NCBI RefSeq assembly: GCF_006345805.1
Contig: NC_043004.1
Coordinates: forward strand, 29,326,001-29,390,000
Source: Octopus sinensis
Taxonomy: Eukaryota
DNA: 64,000 nucleotides
Direction: 5' to 3'
The notes beneath the pieces were generated by a model, which was given only the letters and a program-made list of their open reading frames with translations, searched no databases and was not told the DNA's origin. Position numbers and translations under genes: made by a program. Shown one piece after another: positions 12,000-23,929 of the stretch (positions are counted from its first letter, which is position 1; every line of letters starts with the position of its first letter).

Positions 12000-13180
12000 C
12001 AGGTGTCAAAGTGCATCCTTTGACCAAGCTAATAACATCATAAGACTTGGAAGGGAGCTCCTTGAGCAACACTATTTGTCTGATAACCTAGAATGCATAC
12101 CCAAAGAAGTCGAACGACTCTAACGCCACATATGATCAGATGAATGGATGAGCTTATATGAGCGGAAGGCTATTCATGGATATGTTAATAGAAAGCTCCG
12201 TGATGATAGTAACATCGATCATCAAAGCAGTCTATCATGGACGAATAGCGGAATTACAACCCACCACTTTGAAGGGTATGCGTTTGCAATCCAGAAACAG
12301 GAAATATCAACCAGGTACCTGATGCATGAAAGGGACAGTGATGCAGGAAAAGCCGTAAAATGTGACAACTGATGCAAACTTTGTGGAGTTCACATTGAAG
12401 ATATTACCCACATCATAAGCAGTTGTCCGAAAATGTAATCACGGTATTATCTACAAATTAGACATGACGTTGTAGCTAGGACACTCTATAATGAAATCCG
12501 TCGGAAGTATAATCCCGAGGACAAAGAAATAAGAACCCACAATATGGTAGAAGCCATTGCTACTCATAATAAAAAGGAATACTAGTGGAATGTATCAGTG
12601 AAGACCACAATAAAATGTAAGTACAGCAGACCTGATATAATGATTTAGGACAGAGAAGAGAAACTGTGCACAGTTCTGGAAATTAACTGCCCAGCAGACG
12701 TTAACATAAAACTGAAGATCAGTGAAAAAGAGAACACCTACGCTGAACTATTGAGAAATCTGCTGTTGCTCTATCCAGATTACAAGTTCAGGTTTATACC
12801 TATAACTGATGGGGCCCTGTGATATGTAAAACACTGCTTGAATACCAATCTTGAGAAATTAGGCTTCTCAAAGCCAGAAAGGAGAAAGATAATTCCAATC
12901 CATCACTGAAACTGTAAAAATCTATAAAACTTTCCAGAAATTTATCATTTAAATATATATGAGCATGTCTAGATATGTAACTATATGCATGAGAATTCAT
13001 ACATAAAACATACAAATCTGCACATACATACATACATACATACATACATACATACATACATACATACATACATACCCTGTTTTTGATGTTGAAATTCCAA
13101 TGAAGGAACCTTGTATCTAGGTTAGAAACCAGTTCTTTCTCTATTAGCTAGAAATTTTGAAATAAACTGAATAATGACAT
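12000..13180 (+). mobile_element. Decayed RLE-endonuclease non-LTR retrotransposon 3' end (R2 superfamily, R4-like), bounded by (ATAC)n
   Basis: Stop-interrupted translation shows CKLC..EDITHIISSC (CCHC), RHDVVA, RPDIMI and LEINCP (PD-(D/E)xK nuclease). (ACAT)n tracts lie at both ends. Confidence 0.85.
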
Positions 13181-13207
13181 ACATACATACATACATACAT
13201 ACATACA

Positions 13208-13238
<31 letters not shown>

Positions 13239-13697
13239 GTATATATATATATCAAACATACAGACATGCGATTTTGCATTTGTTGGCTGTCTTCTCGATA
13301 CCAAATATGGTCAGCTTTTGCGCTCCTTTCCTTTTATGGTGTAGTGCCTCAACGACATGCGATGACAAAATCGTACGCCTGTTTGGAGAAAAGTGCAACA
13401 CTCCGTCTCTCTGACACTTGATCGGAAGAGACAGCTGCATTGCCCGATGGAGAACCGTAACTGCCTCCTCTTTATATTACACCTTCAATGTACATTCATG
13501 TGTGTAGAAACTAAGGAAATTGCGATATGTCACTGTCGCTGTGGTATGTGGCATCCCGATTGCCACAACGTGAAGTCTTACAATCTGTTTGTAGTTTCAA
13601 GAAGTTCGAGTCTTGAATCGTTCTGGAAACAAAGAAAAAGATACATTATTTACATAATTTACAATTGACAGATACAATTGACATCTTGTTTGTTGTT

Positions 13698-13743
13698 AGC
13701 AGAAGGTTTCGGCTGATATTCCCTCCAGCCTTCATCAGGTGTC
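13698..13743 (-). ncRNA. Degenerate hammerhead motif (inverted partner)
   Basis: Core CTGATGA, perfect stem II GGCTG/CAGCC and GAAAC are present, but stem III (ACCT) and the 3' strand of stem I are mutated. Confidence 0.5.
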
Positions 13744-13790
13744 TTGGGGAAATTTCGAACCTGGGTTTTCATTCCTAAGGTATTTATCGA

Positions 13791-13821
<31 letters not shown>

Positions 13822-13877
13822 ATAGCAACATTGAAAAATACCTTAGGAATATGAACCCAGGTTTGAAATTTCCCCAA

Positions 13878-13923
13878 GACACCTGATGAAGCCTGGAGGG
13901 TATATCAGCCGAAACGTTGTGTT
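13878..13923 (+). ncRNA. Minimal type I hammerhead ribozyme motif (PLE-type)
   Basis: Stem I GACAC/GTGTT, core CTGATGA at 13883-13889, extra A, stem II GCCTG/CAGCC (1 mismatch), GAA, palindromic stem III ACGT, U17. Confidence 0.65.
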
Positions 13924-16900
13924 AACAACAAACAAGATGAGGGCAAATATCCGTCAATTGTAAATAATTTAAATAATGTACATAATTCCTCATCTCTTAA
14001 ATATTGAACTGTATTAAAGAAAAAGATGCGATGCAAAACATGCCTGTACATGAAGCCTTCTGGTTGCAAGCGTTTGTAATGGATACACCAAGCAGTATGA
14101 AAAGAAAGCCTAGAGAGCAAATATCCACTATGCAAAATAATACAAATAAAACGCCTAACAACAGAATAACATAAACATTGAAGTAACAAACATACATCAC
14201 GTCTGTGTACATGAAAGCTACAAATAAATGCATATACTTACACAGAAACAGAGAATGACAGCAAAATAAAAAAAAATTGCTTGTAGTAGTACGGAGGGCA
14301 GAGTCAACAAGGTTCAGTGTTAAAAAAAAAATGAATTTTGGGGGCTTTCACGGTATTGATTCTATGCTGTAAATTACATTTATTGGAGTTTTGCAATAAA
14401 ACTAGGCTACAAACGCCGTCATACATATTCGCTTTTATAATCATTTTCCACGATGATGCTTTTAGTTGTAATCAATGAACAAACTTTACTAATGATAGCA
14501 AACTTAATCAATGATATAAGCAAACTTATAAACTTATTAATCAATTCCGGCAGGCATTTTTCACAGATAATCAAATCTGTCACTGGCTTTCTAATGTATA
14601 AGAACACGTAGGTATCATAATGACTTGACGGGTTACTAATCAATTAAGACAGCTGTGTGAAAACAACGGTAATAGGGTAGTAAAATGGTACAAAGTCGTG
14701 TCCATTTATTAATTTCAAATTCAATGAATGATATGGCTGAATGTTCCATAAAGTGAGTGATTCTGTAATGACCATCAACGACCACTTGGGTAATGGAACA
14801 AGATTGGCAGTGAATGAACGAGCGGAATATTTCAGTATTGCAGATACCATTTCAAGAATCAATAACTGGAAACGTGTTTTCTGACTCAGCTATTCATTCA
14901 GCACGGTGATCAATATTCACGCAAATGACCACAACTTCAGTGACTTGTAATGATATATCACAATCGTTTGATGTGAGTCAGCCGTTTGCTGTTGGAATTT
15001 TAACTTCAGCTTATCTTCACGGCTTTACGTTGCACCGACACACACAAAAGGTAACTAGGAGCCTGCTGCTTCGTCTCTTGACTGGAAAGAAACGCCAGCC
15101 AAATTTCTTTTACATCAAACTATATCGTCTTAAATAATAAATACTGAAGGATCATATGTTTTTCATATCTAGATACCCCTAACCGAACCGTAAGATCTGT
15201 AAGATCATGACTGGAATGTCTATGATCATAGCTCTACCAAATCAAGAGTGAGCTATAGCTAACCAACAGCAATATATAAAAGCTAAACAGATATCTGCCA
15301 TCATACCACCATACCTCCACCATTCATAAATAATTTCATCTATTTAGGTATTTTCACATATTAAATCAGAAATAACATACATCGGCGCTTTAATTATAAC
15401 TAGCAGGTCACGTGGAAATTCTGCGGTGTAAGTCGGCATGTTTGAAAACATTATGTTCAAATTTGTACTTTTAGATATCATTGAAATGAAAGTAGAGGTA
15501 TTGCTTATTTACCTTCTCTTAATGTTTAACTGTTATGATGTGCTTATATCTTAAGGAAATGAAAGATGAATCTAACAGCTGAAATTTATTTGTATACGAA
15601 AAAAAAAAATACAACACCTTTCGCTGTCAAACGATCACTAAGGCTCAGCCTCACCAATCGAGATTATTTTCATTTCTTTTCAGTTCAGATACCTATTTAT
15701 TTGTATGTCTCTTAACATATCCCATTTTAAGCATCTCTGTCTAGCTAGTTTCCCTTCTGCCGATGTATGTATCAGTCTACTCTCATAACACAGATAAGCA
15801 CTTAAACCTAAAATTTTAGAAAATCAATAATTACGGTGCTTCAGCATAGCCACAGTGTTCGGTCTATAACACGTAAAAGGTAAAATTTTAACATCCACAA
15901 CTATTTTCTAACTAAAATTATTTCACTTGGATTTAACTCTCTATCGGTGTATCTTTTCATGCGTTTAAAGATCTTCATCACATTGTTTCATTATGTTTTT
16001 TGTCCTATACTTTTACAAGTGTAATAACTTGTCCTGTACTTTTCCAGGTTTATAATCTTAAGAATATGACTATTCATGCTCATATTTTTCCATGTAATCC
16101 ATGATTTTTCCAGGCATTGCTGTTATAAGATAATTAATAATGTGTCAATTAATAATTTAAGATTTTGCCTTATAAAATACTGAAAGATAATATTTCAATT
16201 TTTCCATGTAAGTGGTGATAATATTTCAATTTTCTTCATGTTCAAATTTAAATATATGTTGAGATTGAATTATTTGATATTACCCATCCACACCAAATTA
16301 ATGGCAGGGATTTTTACCATGTTGTTGGTTGCACCATGGCTCACCAAAAGTTACAAATAACAAGACTCCAAAACCACCAGTAACCTAATTTTGCAATATT
16401 AGGAGGTCACAGGAATTCATTCAACGAAAAAAAATTTCCAATGATTCCGGGATTGCCCCCCCCCCACCACCACCACCACCACCTCATTTTTTCCGAACCA
16501 AAATAAGGGATTTGCGGTATTTTAGGAGGTCAGGGTGCTTGATTCCACGCAAAATTTTTTTTTTTTTTTCATAGTGAAAATCGTGGTCAATATAGAAATT
16601 GACCATAATGTTGTTATTTAGCCTCAAATCAACCTTGATACTGCAAACGTATCATCAAAGACATTCCAGCCTTCAGCAAACCGTCTTTTTAGGAATAATA
16701 TAGGACATTACGTACAATGGGCGTGTGATTTATGAAGGGGGATACATTAGCTGCTATTTTTAGCGTGTCGAGAAACCAGGTAGAGGCTCCTTCATTGGTT
16801 CGATTGCGTGATGAGATTTTTTTACACATATATGTAATATGTATATATATATCATCGGCAGAAGTTAGAGAGTAAGTCATAACCTGAGAGTTTCGTGTAT

Positions 16901-17622
16901 TGGCACTTATCAAACACAAATTTGTCCATTGTCACTCTGTAACTTGTGACGAAATAACTTCTAAAATACAAAATTTTGTCAAAAACTTTAAGAGTAAACC
17001 CTGTTCTATGTGACACATTCTACCAGTATCGGAAGTTTGAAAGTATTCAGTTTTAGAAAATTAATTAAATAATCTGTGCGTCTAATTCAATAGATCCGAA
17101 ATGGATGAAAGGCAAATTTGAACTCAGAACGTAAAGACAGACGAAATACTGCTTCTAAAATACAAAATTTTGTCAAAAACGTTAAGAATAAATTCTGTTC
17201 TATGTGACATATTCTACCAGTATCAGAAGTTTGAAAGTGTTTAGTTTTTAAAAAAAAATAATTAAATAATCCGTATGTTCAAAGTCGAGCCCGGCGAAAT
17301 TTGAACTTAAAATATAACGACAGACGAAATAACACTATGCATTTCACCCGGAGAGTTAACGATTCTGACATTAAATGTCGTAACATTTTACCTCATAACT
17401 CTTTTTCTATTAATTTTTGTTCAATGCGACTAACGATTCTGAATTCCTCGTGCATTTTTCTATCATTTAAGCTTAAAAAAAGTATATTTTTAATTTAAAA
17501 TTTAAAAAATTATGTTGCAATTTAGTTGAGAACTGAATTAGTGGTGAAACTTGGAAGCTGCTGCGATCGACGAAATGGTGAACTTAAAAATATATTCAAC
17601 CACGCTAGTGGTTGAATAATTG

Positions 17623-17671
<49 letters not shown>

Positions 17672-17695
17672 CATCATCATCATCATCATCATCAT

Positions 17696-19420
17696 AGACG
17701 TCGCACAGTATCTAATATCGTGAGGTTGTTGATTGAAGATATTGTATCTACCGGAGGTTTGAACTGTTTGTCAAGCCACATCAAGGGCCTCAGACAGTCA
17801 GTACTTTACGCAATATGCGTGCAGTTCCAAATAATGCCGACTTTTTCAATACATCTTAGATTGTAGGATATTTCTAAGGTTTTCAGATGTTCTTTCAGAT
17901 AGCTCCGATGACAATAGGGATAAGCTTTACGTTCGACTCTCGTAGCTGCCACATCTTAGTAATCTCAATTCTCAGGTCTCCATATTTATCATCTTTTTCC
18001 TTTTCTTTCTTGCTGATATGTTAATCTCCTGGCACTGCTACGTCAATTATTAGGTACTCTTGTTTGTTCCGCCTAAAGGTTACCATATCCGGTCTTATGT
18101 GCTCTAACACCTTGAAATCAAAGTTCCAGAGGATTTTTTGCCTTCCCTTTTTCGTCCATTACCTTTTTCTGGCGTATGTTGTTACCAAGCACCCGTTACC
18201 TCATATCCATACTTACGGCATAGTAGTTAGTGGAGGTTTTGGGCTACCTTGTCGTGTCTACGCTTTTACTCTTTCTGCGCAAGACTTTCACAAGCATTAA
18301 CAATGTGAGTCAAGCTTTCGACCCTCTCCCCACACATTCTGTAGATGTGTTTTGTTCTCGTGCGGTATATATTCCTTTTCACTGAGTTGGTATTCAATTC
18401 CTGGTCCTGGACCGCAATTATTAGACTTTTAGGTATTCTTTTTTAGGTCACTCTTGTTGAGCCACCTTAATGATGCTTACTGGTCTTTTAATTTGTTGGC
18501 TTCTCGGTGGAACTGACCATGTAATTCCATACGGAGTAGGGTTTCTTCTCTCTCGTTGGCTGTTCTTGATTGAAATTCATCAGCACTGTCAAGTCCATTT
18601 TTGCTAACTCTTTCTGCACTAGCTGCATATTGTAGCAGTTGTTGTTTGCTGTTCACCAAATATTCTGCCATGTTTCTTCTTTCAATGTTTATGCAGTTCC
18701 GCATGCTAATCAACCTACGTCTACCCTTATCTCTCTTCATGTAGAGCCTGTGTACATTTTCCTTAGGGTGGATGGCACCATGCATTGTCATTGTCTTTCG
18801 GATAGTGCAATCGAGTTGCTTCATCTCCACTTGTGTCCATTTCAGGGTGGGGATACTCTAGCGGACTACAACAGCTCATATGTAGACGGCAGTCACAACG
18901 TTCCTTGAGTTGGGCTTTGATTTCAAGAGAAGTTTGAGGCGCTTGAAATATGCAGTGATGAAATTGTCTTCCATTTCTTTGTGCAAGCTATTGTCCAGCA
19001 ATAGGATCTCAAGATACTTGTACCCATTATCATCCGGGTTTTCCATTCTCTCTCCGTTTGGCAATTCTATACCCCTAGAATTTACTCTTTTCCCCCGCTT
19101 TAAAGTAAGCACCATACATTTGGAGATATTGAATTCCATCCCTGTATCCTTGCTGCACATTTGCACAGTCTCAACCAACCTCTCCATTTCAAGATCTGTT
19201 TTTGCGAATAGATTTAATCATCTATGAACAGCAGGTGGTTGAGACGAAGTCCATCCTTTCTCGGCTCATAATGCAAGCTAATTTGTTGTAGGACTACAGA
19301 AAGTGGGATCAAGGCTATAACAAATAACAGAGGTGAACAAGAGTCACCTTGGAAAATACCTCTTTTGATTGTTACCTCGACTAAGTGTTGGTTGTTTCAG
19401 GAAAGACTCGTTTTCCAACT
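17696..19420 (-). mobile_element. Decayed, 5'-truncated R4/Dong-clade retrotransposon
   Basis: Fragments read KRGIFQGD, GMEFNISKC, GYKYLEIL, HPKENVHRLY..RGRRRLI and KSALFGTARILRKVL. The 3' end runs into (TGA)n(TAA)n. Confidence 0.9.
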
Positions 19421-19497
19421 CGGCGTAATCCATCATCATCATCACCATCATTATCATCATCATCATCATCGTCGTCGTCGTCGTGTTGTTGTTGTTA

Positions 19498-20055
19498 TTG
19501 AGTGAGAGAGCAGTGCATGCCATCAAAGTGACACTGGAGTAATATATACGAAACCCAATATACCCATCATGTCTACCCGTCTGATAAGGGTACACTAGGC
19601 ACATGCATCACAACCATATGTGTGCAACATGGTGACCTCATATCAAGATAAACAGTGCATGATGTTGCAGGTGGGGCCCAGTTAGAATTTTCTTCTGGTC
19701 GAGTAACACATCCCGCTCAGAAGATCCCTGAATAAGGGTTGTTTAAGGATGTTGAACGAAACACCCATGTTTCCAGAGGTGAATTATTCAAACCCCACAA
19801 AAATCCCTCTCAAAACATGGTTATGATGCTCCCCCACTACTTCTGCTCGGGATCAGAAATGCACATATCATCAGCCACTAAGGGACATGTTCAACTAGTT
19901 AAGGTCAAACAACTGACAAGCAAATCTGTGGTATTGAGCAGAATATTTGCTGTAGCCCATCTTTTATACCAAGACAAAACAATGTACATGATATCACTTC
20001 CAATCAGTTAAGATCAAAAGCCATGAGAGCCACTGCCTGGTACTGCATTAGGGCA
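19498..20055 (-). mobile_element. Element E, full-length copy
   Basis: Same termini as the other two copies; microsatellite flanks on both sides. Confidence 0.9.
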
Positions 20056-20252
20056 TTTATCATTATTATTATTATTATTATTATTACTTTTTTTTTCTTC
20101 TTTCAAATTTGCTTCCATTTCTTGCCGAGTGTCTTCCCGACTCCTAGGGCAAAGAAGCTCATAGTATACATTGGTAGGCCATTAAACCAAACTCAATAGT
20201 TCGTTCATTTTTTTTTTTAAGTTAAATTAAAATACATGAGCAGCAACAGTTC

Positions 20253-22952
20253 TCACATCGACAATGCTTTTCTCAATACGTGTGATGTACCAGTTAAGAC
20301 AATCTTTTGCACTTCTTGCAGGGATGGTAAGCCAGGGATCATTCTCATATAATTTTCGGTTCCCTTCTTGATCATTCCTAGTGCTCCTACGATCACTGGT
20401 ATTGTAACCGCCTTGAGATGCCACATTTTCTCAATTTCAATGAGTAGGTCTTTATATTTTCTGAGCTTGTCAAACTCTTTCGCTGAGATATTATGATCAC
20501 AGGGGATGCTCATGTCGATCAATAAGCAAACTTTATTGTTTTGGTCTTTCACAACAATATCTAGTTTATTGGCCTTGATGGTTCGGTCTGTATGTACTGG
20601 AAAGTCCCACAGAATGGTTACATTTTCTCCTTCAGTTACAGCCTCAGGGTGGTGATTATACCACTTGTCGGCAGTTTTGATATTGTAATGCCGACTTATT
20701 AGCCAGTGGAGATATTGGCCAACTCTGTCATGTCTTACTGGTGCTAAGACTTTACATTCAGAGATTAGGTGGTCCACTGTTTCAATCATGTCGTTGCAGA
20801 ATCGGCATTTTGGGTTCGCTCCATTTTTCATCACATTGGCCTGGTAGTTCCGGGTTAATAGGCTTTGATCTTGAGCAACCAGGATGAAACCTTCGCTCTC
20901 TGCTTTTAGCCCTGAGCTCCGTAGCCACTGATGGGTTTGCTTCTGGTCAACATCAGCTTGTTTGCTGCGGGTCACATATTTGCCGTGCAGAGGTTTCTCC
21001 TCCCACCTATCAGCCAATTGCTCGTGCGCTTTTTTCATTGCCATCATTTTCACCTTCTTTGCAACAATAGTTGCCGTACTTCCCTCGGGTTGTTCAGTTT
21101 GGGTATCCTGCACGAGATCAATAGCAAATTTTTTGCTTTCCTTTATGATAGAATGAAGCTTCTTTCGTCTCTCGTGATTTTCCACGAGCTTTAGCATCCA
21201 GTCATTCGATATTTCGAGATATTTGGCCAGTCCAATTGTGGTTGTTTTGTAAGCTAGTTCAAATTGGATCAGGCCTCGACCTCCTTGGGCTCTGGGAAGG
21301 TAAAGGCGATCTACGTCTGCCTTTGGGTGGTGCATCCTATTACAACTCAGCAGCTTGCGTATTTTCCTATCTATATTCTTTACTTCACTCATATTCCAGT
21401 TCAACACATTGTAGCTATATGTAACAACTGGAACTGCTAAGGAATTTATAGCTAACACCTTGTTACGTGCATTTAGTTCAGATTTCAGGACTGCACGAAC
21501 TCTCCTATAACATTCCTTCCTGATCTTCTCTTTCTTGCTTGCATGCTGAATACCAGAGCCTTCATTTATCCCTAAATATTTGTATGTTTGTTCTTGCTCA
21601 AGCTCTCTTATAACTGTGTCAACATCTAACACGACTGAATTTGTGGTCTTCACTTTCCCTTTCTGGAAAGTGGCCTTGGCACACTTCTCAAGTCCAAACT
21701 CCATTCCGATGTCATCGCTGAATGCTTTCACGGTGCGCAATAGGCCTTCAAGTTCATTATTGTCTTTACCATAAAGTTTTAAGTCATCCATATAAAATAG
21801 ATGGCTTATTTTTTTATTGGCAATTTTATACCCATACTCTGTTCTGTTTAATTCACTTGTGAGGGGTATTAGGGCTATGCAGAATATTAAAGGTGAAAGT
21901 GAGTCACCTTGAAAAATTCCACAGTTGATGTTTATATTTTCTGAGGCAAGTACTCCATTAGAGTGGTATAATTGGAGATTCGTATTCCACAACGACATAT
22001 TATGCTTCAGGAAGTTTGAAATCACAGGGGAAATTTTGAAGATGTCCAGCGATCTCAAGATCCATGGATGCGGTATACTGTCGAAGGCCTTTTTATAGTC
22101 AATCCATGCGGTGCTGAGATTTCTGCGCTTGTTGTGACAGTTCTCAAGGATCATACGATTGATTAGCAGTTGATCTTCGCATCCGTAAGAGCCTCGGTGG
22201 CACCCTTTTTGTTCAATGGGGAAAATATTGTTCTTCTCCATGAATGCATATGTTTTCTCCGCCAGGATAGATGTTAGGATTTTATACCTGGTGGATAGAC
22301 AGGTTATAGGCCGATAGTTTTTTGGAAGGTTGGTTTCGTTATTCTTTGGGAGTAGGTAAGTAATGCCACTTGCTAACCATTCAGGTGTTTTCTTTGGGTC
22401 TCTCATAATTCCATTGAGCAGCTGAACTAGCTTACCGTGTGCGCATGGGAGCGATGCGAGCCAGAAATTCGGCACCCTATCTTTACCGGGGGATTTCCAA
22501 TTATGAGCCTTCGTGAGTGCCTTTCTTAGGTCTGCTATTGTGATGTCTTCCCATGCTTGTTGTTGTAAATTTTGGTAGGATCCTTCAGTTTGTATAATCC
22601 AGTCTGCATTTATGTTGTACGTCTTCTTGTCACTCCAAATCCTTTTCCAAAAGTTTTGAACTTCTTCCATGGGAGAGGGGTCTTTAACGGTTACTTTCTC
22701 CTTCCCTATTTCTCTGTAGAATTTTTTGGCATTGGATGTGAACAGCTTATTTTGCTTGTAAAACTTGTTTCTCTTCTCAAATCTTCGTATTCTTTGGGCT
22801 TTTGCTTGGACTTTTTGTTTCAGCGTTTCTTTTATTGATATCAGTTCTTCTCTTGGTGAGGATCCAAATTTTCTCTTCATCTTTCTTCCTGTTCTGGATC
22901 TTACATCATTTCCACATATTATTTCATTTAATATTGATATTTCCCCTCTCAT
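20253..22952 (-). CDS. Reverse transcriptase/RLE endonuclease (C-terminal part of a frameshifted single ORF)
   Basis: 899-aa ORF with WKSPGKD, NYRPITCL, AWIDYKKAFDS, GIFQGDSLSPL, FYMDDLKLY, CRFC..ETVDHLISEC and KLDIVV..IDMS (normally PD). Confidence 0.93.
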   Translation of the reverse strand: MRGEISILNEIICGNDVRSRTGRKMKRKFGSSPREELISIKETLKQKVQAKAQRIRRFEKRNKFYKQNKLFTSNAKKFYREIGKEKVTVKDPSPMEEVQNFWKRIWSDKKTYNINADWIIQTEGSYQNLQQQAWEDITIADLRKALTKAHNWKSPGKDRVPNFWLASLPCAHGKLVQLLNGIMRDPKKTPEWLASGITYLLPKNNETNLPKNYRPITCLSTRYKILTSILAEKTYAFMEKNNIFPIEQKGCHRGSYGCEDQLLINRMILENCHNKRRNLSTAWIDYKKAFDSIPHPWILRSLDIFKISPVISNFLKHNMSLWNTNLQLYHSNGVLASENININCGIFQGDSLSPLIFCIALIPLTSELNRTEYGYKIANKKISHLFYMDDLKLYGKDNNELEGLLRTVKAFSDDIGMEFGLEKCAKATFQKGKVKTTNSVVLDVDTVIRELEQEQTYKYLGINEGSGIQHASKKEKIRKECYRRVRAVLKSELNARNKVLAINSLAVPVVTYSYNVLNWNMSEVKNIDRKIRKLLSCNRMHHPKADVDRLYLPRAQGGRGLIQFELAYKTTTIGLAKYLEISNDWMLKLVENHERRKKLHSIIKESKKFAIDLVQDTQTEQPEGSTATIVAKKVKMMAMKKAHEQLADRWEEKPLHGKYVTRSKQADVDQKQTHQWLRSSGLKAESEGFILVAQDQSLLTRNYQANVMKNGANPKCRFCNDMIETVDHLISECKVLAPVRHDRVGQYLHWLISRHYNIKTADKWYNHHPEAVTEGENVTILWDFPVHTDRTIKANKLDIVVKDQNNKVCLLIDMSIPCDHNISAKEFDKLRKYKDLLIEIEKMWHLKAVTIPVIVGALGMIKKGTENYMRMIPGLPSLQEVQKIVLTGTSHVLRKALSM

Positions 22953-23929
22953 AAATTCAATCTCTTTTTCAATTTTACTTCTCCAGGTTTGATTTCTTCC
23001 CAGGTTTGTTTTCTTTGTTTTTTCGGGGGCATACAGCTGGTTTCAATTGCCCTAGCAGAAGCGTAAATAATTTCATTTAACTCAGTAAAATCAGGTTTTA
23101 ATTCTCGTATTATTTCATTAGTTACATAGTTGCCAATTTGGATTTGTTTTTTATTTTGGTTTGTATTTGAGAGTTTATGAAGTGGTTCTCTATCATTCAT
23201 ACTGGTATGTCTTACAACTTCAAGCGTATTCAGGATTTTCTGCCTCATTTCTGCCATAGACTCTCTGTGTTCTTCAGCAAATGCGAGATCTTCAGTTACT
23301 GTTGTTTTTTCGTTTTCCTGGCTATCTTTAACAGGTACAATAGAATTTCTTGTATCTTCAGGTCTTTGCGTACTTTGGTCAGATGGCAGTCTTTCAATTA
23401 AGCCTCGTGGCGGGATATACTGTTCATCTGATTCTTCATTTCCTTTGTGTCTTATATTTATGTCATTTTCCGTTGCGTGCTTGATCGCGCTTATTTCACT
23501 GTCTGTGAGTCTGTTATTTCTAAGGATATCCCTCCTCACATTTGCTAATTTGTTCTCGTCCAAATAGGGCCTACTGTCTTGATTCCGTGTTCTCCATATA
23601 CTGTAAGAGTTTGCGGTGTGTCTCTCTTGAGATGGCCTACCTAATGCATAGTAATAAGCGTATATTACTTCTTTATACTCTTCTCGGGTCCATTTGTTCC
23701 GCTTACATTTTTCTTTCTGTGGTGGTTGTGGTGGTGAACTTGGAGGGCTCGAGTTGGGGGATTTCCCGTTCAAGTGACCATCCATGTCCGTATTCGGAGA
23801 AGAGTTTGTGCCAGTTGATGACTTTTCGATCCCAGGCTGGCTCTTCCCTGGGGGACGCGCTTCCAGATTAACCATAGGACAAGCGATTTGGTATACTGAT
23901 TTAGTTTTCCTTTTAGTTTCCAAAAACAT
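22949..23929 (-). CDS. N-terminal part of the same R4/Dong polyprotein (not a true ORF1)
   Basis: R4/Dong-like N-terminal motif; joins the RT frame if the 17-nt duplication at 22983-22999 is removed. Confidence 0.8.
   Translation of the reverse strand: MFLETKRKTKSVYQIACPMVNLEARPPGKSQPGIEKSSTGTNSSPNTDMDGHLNGKSPNSSPPSSPPQPPQKEKCKRNKWTREEYKEVIYAYYYALGRPSQERHTANSYSIWRTRNQDSRPYLDENKLANVRRDILRNNRLTDSEISAIKHATENDINIRHKGNEESDEQYIPPRGLIERLPSDQSTQRPEDTRNSIVPVKDSQENEKTTVTEDLAFAEEHRESMAEMRQKILNTLEVVRHTSMNDREPLHKLSNTNQNKKQIQIGNYVTNEIIRELKPDFTELNEIIYASARAIETSCMPPKKQRKQTWEEIKPGEVKLKKRLNL

Larger units (their letters stand above)
13642..13980. mobile_element. Head-to-head pair of Penelope-like terminal repeats forming a foldback around (GTT)n
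   Basis: Arms 13642-13795 and 13826-13980 are about 90% reverse-complementary, and each carries a CTGATGA-stem-GAAAC hammerhead core. Confidence 0.8.

Noticed and set aside
20931-23871. Several short + strand ORFs
   Set aside because: They are antisense shadows of the retrotransposon ORF and have no independent motifs.
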